From contig JACESI010000010.1 of assembly GCA_013911885.1 (NCBI GenBank), positions 6,781-70,780 of the forward strand: DNA of 64,000 nt, in the 5' to 3' direction. The notes under the pieces were generated by a model, which worked only from the letters and a program-made list of their open reading frames with translations, did no database searches and had not been told where the DNA came from. Numbering within the stretch: the first letter of the stretch is position 1; the number at the start of each line of letters is the position of its first letter. A program made the position numbers and the translations under genes. This stretch comes from Hyphomicrobiales bacterium (GTDB taxonomy: Bacteria; Pseudomonadota; Alphaproteobacteria; Rhizobiales; JACESI01). Shown in pieces: positions 53,806 to 64,000 of this stretch.

Positions 53806-54255
53806 TTTGTTCCGATTGCGTGTTTTTCTGCGGTAGGTTTGATTATTTCCCGCTGATTGCGCTGAAACAAACCTGAAACGGGCTGGGGGATAGATGCAGG
53901 GAGGGTGAGGGTGCGCCAGATAGGTTTTACTCTCGAATATCCTGATGAAGTCATTCGCTGTAGCTTCCCTTTCACTAAATTTTGCGCAATTTTGCGGCCT
54001 TCCACCGCCCTTTGCTATCCCATCTGGCGCGTGGCAGGTCAAGCCAAGGCTTTCGCGGAATCGTATGTGCGCTCCTGCCCGCGCCTCGCATTGGTGCGTG
54101 ACTATTGCCGCCATCGGCTGATCGTTTTTCATTATGGCGAAGAGCGGCTCATGATTGGTGGCGGCCCAATCGTCCGCGCATACTGCCATTAGGCAATCGA
54201 TGCCGGAGATGAAGTCAGTTTTGGTAAATGGTGTTCTTTTCGGAATCGCCCGGCC

Positions 54256-54300
54256 AAAAGCAAAAGAGGCGCCCCGTCCTTGCCGGGGCGCCTCCCTTTT
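54256..54300 (-). terminator. rho-independent terminator of katG
   Basis: 11-bp stem GAGGCGCCCCG/CGGGGCGCCTC (54266-54294) followed by TTTTGCTTTTG on the minus strand. Confidence 0.85.
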
Positions 54301-54355
54301 CTTCCGATGCGTGGTCTCACCCCCGCTTTGGCTCAATCAGGCCGTTCAGGCCCGA

Positions 54356-56650
<2,295 letters not shown>

Positions 56651-56752
56651 TCATGGGTGATGCGGGGCTGGTTGTCGTTGATCGAGGGCAATGCGCTTAC
56701 CGGCAACTGACTTTTCCTGATCGTTCATAGCAAACCCTGCCCATTAGATATA

Positions 56753-56789
56753 ATTGTATTTTCTGATCAAAGTGATAAGATATTCTGAT
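56753..56789. promoter_or_regulatory. OxyR-type binding site overlapping the oxyR start
   Basis: ATTG-N7-TGAT-N7-ATAA-N7-TGAT, the spacing of the ATAG-N7-CTAT-N7-ATAG-N7-CTAT consensus. Confidence 0.7.
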
Positions 56790-57729
56790 GAAAAATCTTA
56801 CGCTCAAACAGTTCCGGTATTTCGAGGCGCTGGCCTCGCATGGTCATTTCCGGCTGGCGGCGGATTCCTGCTCTATCTCGCAACCGGCTTTGTCGATGCA
56901 GATCAAGGAACTCGAGGAAACGCTCGGCACCATGCTGTTTGAGCGCGGAGCGCGGCGATTGCGGCTGACAAATTTCGGCGAGGAATTTGCCCTGCGCGTG
57001 CGCGACATTCTGCTCTCGGTTGATGAACTGGGCGATCTCGCGGCCAGTATGCAGGACCGTCTCGAGGGGCGCCTGCGGATCGGGGTCATTCCGACAATTG
57101 CACCTTATCTTCTGCCGTCCATCATCCAGCAGCTGACGGAACAGCATGCCGGACTCGACATTCATGTCCGCGAGACGGTGACACCGAAGCTGATTCAGGA
57201 ACTTGCAGAAGGCAGGCTTGACACGGCGATTGTGGCGCTGCCGGTTTCGGAGCCCTCTTTCACCGAGGTTGCGCTGTTTTCTGAGGCCTTTGTTCTGGTA
57301 AGGCCCGACAAGGATCAGAACAAGCCGATGCCGAATGCCGAATCCCTGCGGGAGATGCGCCTCTTGCTTCTCGAGGAGGGACATTGCTTTCGCGATCAGG
57401 CGCTGTCCTTTTGCAGCATCCCCTCGGCGTCGCCGAGGGACGGTCTTGATGGCAGTTCGCTGTCAACCCTCGTGCAGATGGTCGGGGCAGGGATCGGGGT
57501 CACCCTGATCCCGGAAATGGCGGTGGCCGTTGAAACACGCTCGGCGCCGGTTTCCGTCTCCCGGTTTCGTCATCCGCAGCCACACCGGACGATCGGCATG
57601 ATCTGGCGGCGGACAAATCCGCGGGCAAGGCAGCTTCACGCGGTCTGCGAGGTCGTGCGCAAGGCGGCTGAAAGCATTTGCGCACCACGCGCCATGACAC
57701 TGTCATCAGCGCCTCTACAGATGCCTTAA
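56788..57729 (+). CDS. oxyR: hydrogen-peroxide-sensing LysR regulator
   Basis: LysR HTH, GVIPTIAPYLLP and EEGHCFRDQALSFC (both redox cysteines); divergent from katG. Confidence 0.95.
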   Translation: MKNLTLKQFRYFEALASHGHFRLAADSCSISQPALSMQIKELEETLGTMLFERGARRLRLTNFGEEFALRVRDILLSVDELGDLAASMQDRLEGRLRIGVIPTIAPYLLPSIIQQLTEQHAGLDIHVRETVTPKLIQELAEGRLDTAIVALPVSEPSFTEVALFSEAFVLVRPDKDQNKPMPNAESLREMRLLLLEEGHCFRDQALSFCSIPSASPRDGLDGSSLSTLVQMVGAGIGVTLIPEMAVAVETRSAPVSVSRFRHPQPHRTIGMIWRRTNPRARQLHAVCEVVRKAAESICAPRAMTLSSAPLQMP

Positions 57730-58895
57730 AGGTCGCGCTGGATCAGGCGCAGCGCGCCATAGGCGAGGATGCCGAGCCCTGCGCCGATCCAAAGACTGGC
57801 AGCGCCCATTTCCGCAAGCGCAAAACCGAAGGCGACGGGCGCAACCGCCTGGGCAACCCTGGCGGGCGCTGCGATCAGGCCCTGACGAAAGCCGTAGCCG
57901 TCAGCACCGAAGAGGGCGAGCGGCAACGTGCCCCGCGCGATGGTGAGGATGCCATTGCCTGTGCCATGGGCGAAAGCGAAAAGATAGGCGAAGCCGCCGC
58001 CACCAAAAACCAGCAGGATAACGCCAAGCGGGTGAGTGAGCGTTGCAATCTTTGCCGAATGGATCGGATGGAGATTGCGCAGAAAGCCGAACTCCAGGAG
58101 CCTGCCGAAAACCTGTGCCGGACCGATCAGCGCGCCTGCCGCAATCGCGGTTGCGGTCGTTGCTCCGGCAGCCTCGATCAGCCGCGGCAGATGCGCGGCC
58201 ATTGCTGTGCCGGTAAAGGCTGTGGTGGCGAAGACCAGGGCGAGGAGCGACGACTGGAGCGATGCGGAGAATTTCTTTTTCGGCTGCTCGGTGGGCGACG
58301 GTTCGGTGGCCTTGCTAAAGAGCGTGTTCGGCAGGACAAGGTTGAGTGGCAGCGCGATCACCATATGCAGCGCCGCCCAGACGAGGCTGGCCACGCGCCA
58401 GTCGTACTGGGCTTCGATATAGCCCGAGAGCGGCCAGCCGATGGTGCTCGCAAAGCCCGCGATCAGCGTGATGCCATAGATCGGCGCACGCGCCCCGGTG
58501 CCGAAAAGGCGTGCAAGGGTCGCAAAAGCCGTGTCGTAGAGGCCGAGGCCCATCGCGATGCCGAGAACAACCCACGCAGCCAGGATGGATGCGGGATTTT
58601 GACTTGTTGCGAAAAGAACGAGGCCAAGCGCGAAAAGAAGGTTTGATCCGGCAAGCACGCCTCGCCCGCCATGCCGATCGACTTGCCGGCCGGCCCACGG
58701 CCCGATCAGGGCGGAGATCATCATGGCAAAGGAGAAAGCGGCAAAGATCCAAACCGGCTGAAAGCCGAGTTCTGCTGCTGCTGGCGTTGCCAGAATCGCG
58801 GGCAGGTAATAGCTCGACGCCCAGGCGATGGTCTGGGCGATGCCCAAGGCGCAGACGACAGGCCGTCTCTGGTCGGAAGTCAGTTGGATCGGCAA
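57726..58895 (-). CDS. MFS transporter
   Basis: Repeated hydrophobic helices, GRQVDRHGGR motif A, AQTIAWASSYYLPAILA; its stop shares the TTAA at 57726-57729 with oxyR. Confidence 0.88.
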   Translation of the reverse strand: MPIQLTSDQRRPVVCALGIAQTIAWASSYYLPAILATPAAAELGFQPVWIFAAFSFAMMISALIGPWAGRQVDRHGGRGVLAGSNLLFALGLVLFATSQNPASILAAWVVLGIAMGLGLYDTAFATLARLFGTGARAPIYGITLIAGFASTIGWPLSGYIEAQYDWRVASLVWAALHMVIALPLNLVLPNTLFSKATEPSPTEQPKKKFSASLQSSLLALVFATTAFTGTAMAAHLPRLIEAAGATTATAIAAGALIGPAQVFGRLLEFGFLRNLHPIHSAKIATLTHPLGVILLVFGGGGFAYLFAFAHGTGNGILTIARGTLPLALFGADGYGFRQGLIAAPARVAQAVAPVAFGFALAEMGAASLWIGAGLGILAYGALRLIQRDL

Positions 58896-59268
58896 AGAAC
58901 GATGACCTCCCGCGGCATGGCGTGCGAGGCAAGCCGCACCGATCCTATTTTCATCGCTAGGCGCGTGGCAATCCTTTTCTTGTCTGCGGATAGGGTCGCG
59001 GATCAGCCTTGCACCGCGGGCTTTCTCTGATGGAGCAGGTGTTGTGCGCTATGCGGCGGATTGTTGAACTTTCCCGGTCGGCTGAAATTCTGCTTGATCG
59101 TCTCTGCATGGGTGAACCAGACGCGGACGGAAGATGAGTGATCAACAGGTCGAAGGCACCTTCTTTCACATTGTCAGCCATGAAAGAGTTGAATTAGAAT
59201 AATCATTCTGATATTATTACTCTATTCCGCACCCATCTCCTTTTCCCAGCCTGTCAGAAAAGAGTGTC

Positions 59269-59727
59269 ATGACGTCGCTTGCTCAAACCCCTTCCTTGCC
59301 CTTTTGGAAGTTGCCGTTTTCCCATGCCATTGCGGCCAACTTTTTATGGATAAATGCGTCGGAGGTGTTTCGATATTTCATTTTTGTCATGCCCATGATG
59401 CGCGAGGTGCTGCCAATGGTGCCTGATGCCGCGCCGATGAACCTGTCGGTTTTTCTGATCTGGGGGATCTGGGACACGATCCTTGTGGTGGCGGCCACGA
59501 CAATTCCGTGGCTGGCGCTGACTGTCTTCGGCCCCACATTGCGACATACGATTATTGCTGGCACAGGTGTTTGGCTGACGATCTTTGGCTTGCTCTGGAT
59601 TGGTATCTGGAACATGAACCTGACATCGCCGCAGGTGCTTCTGGTTGCTTTGCCTTTGGCCTGGGTCGAGATGCTGGTTGCCGCGCTTATTGTGCGTTGG
59701 TTCTGTTTTGGTGTGGGCCGCGAGTGA
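59269..59727 (+). CDS. hypothetical membrane protein
   Basis: About four hydrophobic segments; WINASEVFRYF and WGIWDT look like conserved motifs; family not recognised. Confidence 0.7.
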   Translation: MTSLAQTPSLPFWKLPFSHAIAANFLWINASEVFRYFIFVMPMMREVLPMVPDAAPMNLSVFLIWGIWDTILVVAATTIPWLALTVFGPTLRHTIIAGTGVWLTIFGLLWIGIWNMNLTSPQVLLVALPLAWVEMLVAALIVRWFCFGVGRE

Positions 59728-59896
59728 GCGCCGAGGATATCGCCTAGGTTTCAGGGCGACTGGCAAAGGGCGCCTTGCTCTCGAAGGAAGTGTCGGACGT
59801 GATCTCCGCATCCGACCTCCCTGAGGCGCGTTAAGCTCTGTCTCCGCCGCCTTTGACTGCGCGCGTCAAGAATTGACTATCGCAGTCACATGCGGT

Positions 59897-59926
59897 TTGA
59901 CAAACATACCAACTGGTTTGTATTTA
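59897..59926 (+). promoter_or_regulatory. sigma70-type promoter with a TetR operator in the spacer
   Basis: TTGACA 59897-59902, operator ACATACC-AACT-GGTTTGT 59904-59921, -10-like GTATTT; no Shine-Dalgarno before ATG 59933. Confidence 0.7.
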
Positions 59927-59932
59927 TTTCTC

Positions 59933-60571
59933 ATGTCCAGGCCAACCAAACATCATCCCGAACGCGGCGACGCCCGAACCCGGCTTCTCGAAGCCGCGCG
60001 CGACGTGATCCGCGCGCAGGGTTTTGCCGCGACGAGCATCGACGATCTTTGCCGGGCGGCGGGCGTCACCAAGGGCGCGTTCTTCCATCATTTCGAGAGC
60101 AAGGAGGCGCTCGGCGTCACCGCGGCGCGGTTCTGGGCGGAGACCACGGCGGCCTTCTTCGCCGGCGCGCCCTATCACGACCATGACGATCCGCTGGAGC
60201 GCGTGCTCGCCTATGTCGATTTCCGCAAGGCGATCATCGAGGGCGACCCCGCCGAATTCACCTGCCTCGTCGGCACAATGACGCAGGAAGCCTACGGATC
60301 GTCGCCCGCCATCCGCGAAGCCTGCGCCGCCAGTATTTTTGGCCACGCCGCCACGCTGGAACCGGACATTCGCGCGGCGATGCGGGCGCGGAGGATCAAG
60401 GCGGACTGGAGCGCCGCAAGCCTCGCGGCACACACCCAGGCCGTGCTGCAGGGTGCCTTCATCCTCGCCAAGGCGACCGGCGACCGCGAGATCGCGCGCG
60501 ACAGCGTCGATCATTTGCGTCGGTACGTCGGGTTTCTGTTCAGCAACACCAGCCAAGGGAAAACGCCATGA
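59933..60571 (+). CDS. TetR/AcrR-family regulator (NemR-like)
   Basis: LLEAARDVIRAQGFAATSIDDLCRAAGVTKGAFFHHFESKEAL, CLVG and QGAFILAK motifs. Confidence 0.92.
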   Translation: MSRPTKHHPERGDARTRLLEAARDVIRAQGFAATSIDDLCRAAGVTKGAFFHHFESKEALGVTAARFWAETTAAFFAGAPYHDHDDPLERVLAYVDFRKAIIEGDPAEFTCLVGTMTQEAYGSSPAIREACAASIFGHAATLEPDIRAAMRARRIKADWSAASLAAHTQAVLQGAFILAKATGDREIARDSVDHLRRYVGFLFSNTSQGKTP

Positions 60572-61032
60572 CCCAACGCCCCAACGCCCGCACGTGCATC
60601 TTCCTGAAGGAAAAGGCCGAGGAAGCCGTCCGCTTTTACGCTGCGACCATCCCAGACACTCATGTCGACCACGTCCAGCCGATAGGCCCGGACATGAGCA
60701 TGGTCCTGTTCCGCATCATGGGCACGCCGTTCATGGCGATGGATGGCAATGCCGGTTTCGAGCCGCGCTATGATCACTCCATCGCCATTGCGACACTCGA
60801 TCAGGCCGAGACCGATCGTCTGTGGGCCGCGCTTTCGGAGGGCGGCAGCGAGGGACGCTGCGGCTGGTTGTCAGACCGCTATGGCGTGTATTGGCAGATC
60901 ACACCGACCGCGCTCACCCATATGCTGAGCGACCCGGACCGCGACGCCGCCGGCCGCGCGCAGGCGGCCATGATGACCATGAAGAAGATCGACATCGCCG
61001 CCATGGAAGCGGCGTTTCACGGGCGCGGGTGA
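60568..61032 (+). CDS. VOC/PhnB-like (3-dmu-9_3-mt family) protein
   Basis: AEEAVRFY, QAETDRLW, CGWLSDRYGVYWQI and AMMTMKKIDIA motifs. Confidence 0.88.
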   Translation: MTQRPNARTCIFLKEKAEEAVRFYAATIPDTHVDHVQPIGPDMSMVLFRIMGTPFMAMDGNAGFEPRYDHSIAIATLDQAETDRLWAALSEGGSEGRCGWLSDRYGVYWQITPTALTHMLSDPDRDAAGRAQAAMMTMKKIDIAAMEAAFHGRG

Positions 61033-61072
61033 GGGATGCCCTCGTAAGCTTTAGCAAATCAAGGAGAGCCCC

Positions 61073-61483
61073 ATGCAAATCACCGTTGAAACCAACGTCG
61101 CAGCGCCCCTCGCCGAAGTCTGGCGCGCCTACACGACGCCCACCGACATCATGGCGTGGAACGCCGCGTCCGATGACTGGCACACGACAGCCGCCAGCGT
61201 CGACCTGCGCGAGGGCGGGGCGTTCTCCTCCCGCATGGAGGCCAAGGATGGCAGCTTCGGCTTCGATTTCGCCGGGACCTATACGAAGATTGTGCCGCAC
61301 GAATTGATTGAATACGCGCTCGGCGACCGCATCGCACGCGTCGAGTTCGACGGAAGCGACGGCGCAGTGACCGTGCGCGTCACCTTCGACGCCGAAGACA
61401 CCCATCCCGTCGAGCAGCAGCGCGGCGGCTGGCAGGCGATCCTCGATCGCTTCAAGAGCCATGTGGAAGCAGGAGCAGCGTGA
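61073..61483 (+). CDS. SRPBCC/AHSA1-like protein
   Basis: [39 protein letters not shown] and [14 protein letters not shown] motifs. Confidence 0.9.
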   Translation: MQITVETNVAAPLAEVWRAYTTPTDIMAWNAASDDWHTTAASVDLREGGAFSSRMEAKDGSFGFDFAGTYTKIVPHELIEYALGDRIARVEFDGSDGAVTVRVTFDAEDTHPVEQQRGGWQAILDRFKSHVEAGAA

Positions 61484-61484
61484 C

Positions 61485-61963
61485 ATGACCGAACTCATCC
61501 CCTGCCTGTGGTTTGACCACGGAGAGGCCAGCAAGGCGGCCGCCTTCTATGCGGCAACCTTCCCTGATAGCGAGGTGACCCGCATCAACACCGCGCCGGG
61601 CGACTTTCCGGGTGGAACGGAAGGCTTGGAACTGACGGTGGAATTCACTGTTATCGGGCGCAAATTCGTCGGCCTCAATGGCGGGCCCAACTTCACGCCC
61701 AATCAGGCGGTGAGCTTCATGGTGGTAACCGAGAGTCAGGAAGAAACCGACCGCTACTGGAATGCCATCATCGGCAATGGCGGCAAGGAAAACGCCTGTG
61801 GCTGGTGCAGCGACCGCTGGGGCCATTTCTGGCAGATCACGCCGCGCCTGTTGCTGGAGTTGACGAAAGCGCCGACAAGGCCAAAGCGAAGCGGGCCTTT
61901 GACGCCATGATGACGATGCGTAAAATCGATATCGCCGCGTTGGAGGCGGCGATGAAACCCTGA
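61485..61963 (+). pseudogene. second VOC/PhnB-like protein with an apparent 1-bp deletion near the C-terminus
   Basis: PCLWFD, LNGGP and [14 protein letters not shown] in frame; the tail [28 protein letters not shown] lies in another frame after AAA at 61866-61868. Confidence 0.8.
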
Positions 61964-61977
61964 GGGAGAAACACGAA

Positions 61978-62328
61978 ATGTATTTAGACGGATTTCTAGC
62001 CGCCGTGCCAACAGCCAACAAGGAAGCTTACCGCGAACACGCGCAGAAGGCCGCAATTGTGTTCAAGGACCATGGCGCCCTGAGTCTCGTCGAATGCTGG
62101 GGCGACGATGTGCCGGAGGGCAAAGTCAACTCTCTGCATACGGCGGTTTTGCGCAAGGAGGATGAGACAGTGGTCTTTTCATGGGTCACCTGGCCCGACA
62201 AAGCGACGCGGGACACTGGCTGGCAGAAGATCATGGCCGACCCGCGCATGGCACCTGACGTCAATCCGATGCCCTTTGACGGTAGCCGGGTGATCTACGG
62301 TGGCTTTGAGATGATCGTCGGGCCGTAA
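61978..62328 (+). CDS. DUF1428 family protein
   Basis: YLDGFLAAVP, ECWGDDVPEGK, ETVVFSW and MPFDGSRVIYGGF motifs. Confidence 0.9.
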   Translation: MYLDGFLAAVPTANKEAYREHAQKAAIVFKDHGALSLVECWGDDVPEGKVNSLHTAVLRKEDETVVFSWVTWPDKATRDTGWQKIMADPRMAPDVNPMPFDGSRVIYGGFEMIVGP

Positions 62329-62489
62329 GTGGCGGGTAAATCAGTACGGCATGATCACCGTATCGAAGATTGTTTTCTGAAAGGCCGCGGGCACTGTTTC
62401 CCACTGGGCGCCCGCTTGGCGAACCACATGCACCTCGAAGGCATATCTGAGAAGATCTGGAATTTATGCTTGAGGTATCAGTCTGATTG

Positions 62490-62513
62490 AAAACGGGCGC
62501 CCAGAGCCGCCCG
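62490..62513 (-). terminator. probable terminator of znuA
   Basis: CGGGCG-GCTCTGGG-CGCCCG-TTTT on the minus strand, just past the znuA stop. Confidence 0.55.
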
Positions 62514-62535
62514 CAAGAATGAGGGCCAGGTCGGA

Positions 62536-63564
62536 TCAGCTGGCTTCTGAAAGGCAGGTCTTGATTGATGCCGACATGTTGCGAATGAGTTCGAAATAAA
62601 GGTCGGGCCCGGTTTCAAGTTTCGCGCCCAGCGGGTCGATAACGCCGAACTTGGCCCGTGTGCCTTCGGTTACTGTGGCGACAAGCTTCGGTTCGAATTG
62701 CGGTTCGGAGAAGACACAGGCCGCACCCAGTTCCTGCATGCGCGCGCGGATTTCAGCAATACGCTCGGCGCCCGGTATGACTTCCGGTGAAACCGTGATC
62801 GAGCCCGATGCGGTCACGCCGAAACGGTTCTCGAAATACTGGTAGGCATCGTGGAACACGATGAACGGCTTGTCCTTGACAGGCTCAAGCTCGGCAGCAA
62901 CCTCGGCGATCAGGGTGTCGAACTTTGCCGTGACGGCTTTGGCATTGCCCTCATATTTCCCGGCATTGAGCGGATCGGCGGCAATCAGCGCTTCTTTAAT
63001 TTCATGGACCATGGCCTTGGCATTGGCGGGGTCGAGCCAGATATGGGGGTCAAACGCGCCGTGGTCGTGATCCTCATGGTCAGCCGCGGCTGTCTTTTCA
63101 TGATCATGGCCTTCGTGTCTGGCCTCTTCTTTCTTCTCATGGTCATGGTCGTCATGACCTGATTCCGAATTTTCGTCATGACTATCATGATCGTGTTTTT
63201 CAAAAGCGCCGTCTTTGCGGAATTTCAGCTTGATCAGATCATGGGCATCCATCAACGCAACGGTTTTTGCGCTGGCGCCTATTGTCTCCAAGGGTTTTTC
63301 CAGAAAAGTTTCAAGTTCATGCCCGATCCAAAAGACAAGATCCGCCTCCTCCAGCATCTGCGCCTTGGATGGTCTGAGTGCGTAATTGTGTGGCGATTCT
63401 GCGCTTTCGATGATAAGGCCCGGCTCGCCCACGCCGTCCATAATTGCGGCCACCAGCGAATGAACCGGCTTGATGGATGCCACGACATTCAACTCTGCAC
63501 TGGCTGCAACAGCGGTGAACGCAAGCAATGTTTTCGTCAGCAACAGGAATTTCATAATGTGCAT
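62536..63564 (-). CDS. znuA: zinc ABC transporter substrate-binding protein
   Basis: Signal peptide, VVASIKPVHSL, SPHNY, His/Asp/Glu-rich loop, DPHIWLDP, FHDAYQYFE and CVFSEPQF. Confidence 0.95.
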   Translation of the reverse strand: MHIMKFLLLTKTLLAFTAVAASAELNVVASIKPVHSLVAAIMDGVGEPGLIIESAESPHNYALRPSKAQMLEEADLVFWIGHELETFLEKPLETIGASAKTVALMDAHDLIKLKFRKDGAFEKHDHDSHDENSESGHDDHDHEKKEEARHEGHDHEKTAAADHEDHDHGAFDPHIWLDPANAKAMVHEIKEALIAADPLNAGKYEGNAKAVTAKFDTLIAEVAAELEPVKDKPFIVFHDAYQYFENRFGVTASGSITVSPEVIPGAERIAEIRARMQELGAACVFSEPQFEPKLVATVTEGTRAKFGVIDPLGAKLETGPDLYFELIRNMSASIKTCLSEAS

Positions 63565-63591
63565 GTCAGGCTCCGTAATGGTCGATTTGTC

Positions 63592-63629
63592 ATGTTATTT
63601 CGTTACATAATTGCGTGATGGTATAACGT
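63592..63629. promoter_or_regulatory. tandem Zur-box-like imperfect palindromes
   Basis: ATGTTAT-TTC-GTTACAT and GCGTGAT-GGT-ATAACGT between divergent znuA and znuC. Confidence 0.7.
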
Positions 63630-63685
63630 GTGCGATAAGCCTGTGCAAGACCGTCATCGAAGAATCGTATTGGCCCCAGCAAACC

Positions 63686-64000
63686 ATGCTCAAGAAACCG
63701 GAACCCCTCGTCAGGCTCGATAGTGCCGGTATTCACCGCGCGCGGCGCTGGTTGGTCCGTGGTGTTTCAATGTCGGTGGAAGAACGTGAAATCGTCACAT
63801 TAATCGGTCCGAACGGGTCAGGAAAATCGACGACCGCGAAGATGGCGCTCGGAATTCTCAAACCGGATGAAGGCAGTGCCATCCGCAGGACAGGATTGCG
63901 CGTTGCCTATGTTCCCCAGAAACTCACCGTCGACTGGACATTGCCCCTCACCGTCAGCCGTTTCATGCGCCTGACGGCTCATGTCAGCGAGGATGAAGCA
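63686..64000 (+). CDS. znuC: zinc ABC transporter ATPase, partial
   Basis: Manual translation MLKKPEPLVRL...IVTLIGPNGSGKST...YVPQKL.VD.TLPLTVSRFM; divergent from znuA. Confidence 0.9.
   Translation, partial: MLKKPEPLVRLDSAGIHRARRWLVRGVSMSVEEREIVTLIGPNGSGKSTTAKMALGILKPDEGSAIRRTGLRVAYVPQKLTVDWTLPLTVSRFMRLTAHVSEDEA

Noticed and set aside
53806-54336. 177-aa N-terminal extension making the synthase 1703 aa
   Set aside because: It crosses the katG terminator and has no domain-like character; more likely promoter and UTR.
59193-59212. Irr iron-control element
   Set aside because: The half-sites are 6 bp apart rather than the 3 bp of TTTAGAA-N3-TTCTAAA.
63060-63200. Repetitive TCATG/GTC-rich tract
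   Set aside because: Explained by the His/Asp-rich loop typical of ZnuA.

Overview
GC-rich alphaproteobacterial (Rhizobiales-like) chromosomal window. Left to right: a partial AsmA-family gene, a small methyltransferase and a divergent ChrR-cupin/TetR pair; the rhizobial glycogen operon glgP-glgB-glgC-glgA-pgm-glgX extended by an alpha-glucosidase; a divergently transcribed peptide-ligase module (transglutaminase-DUF2126, cp-ATP-grasp/alpha-E, transglutaminase, convergent Zn-peptidase). Next is a ~27 kb mosaic surface-polysaccharide locus: kpsEMT, manC, rmlACBD, GDP-heptose genes, three SAM methyltransferase domains, three sulfotransferase domains and a ~1526-aa sulfotransferase/coiled-coil/glycosyltransferase protein with a 138-bp tandem duplication. 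It also holds an intact DUF2793 (GTA/phage tail-spike-type) gene, a likely tail-fibre remnant, a wzt remnant and IS/integrase debris. The window ends with katG-oxyR, an MFS gene, a TetR-VOC-SRPBCC-VOC-DUF1428 operon and znuA/znuC. No rRNA, tRNA or CRISPR array was seen. The best leads are tail-spike genes embedded in the capsule locus, a possible sulfate-capping chain-length ruler, and PhaR-type boxes shared by the glycogen and peptide-ligase operons. All family calls come from motif recognition by eye; no searches were run.
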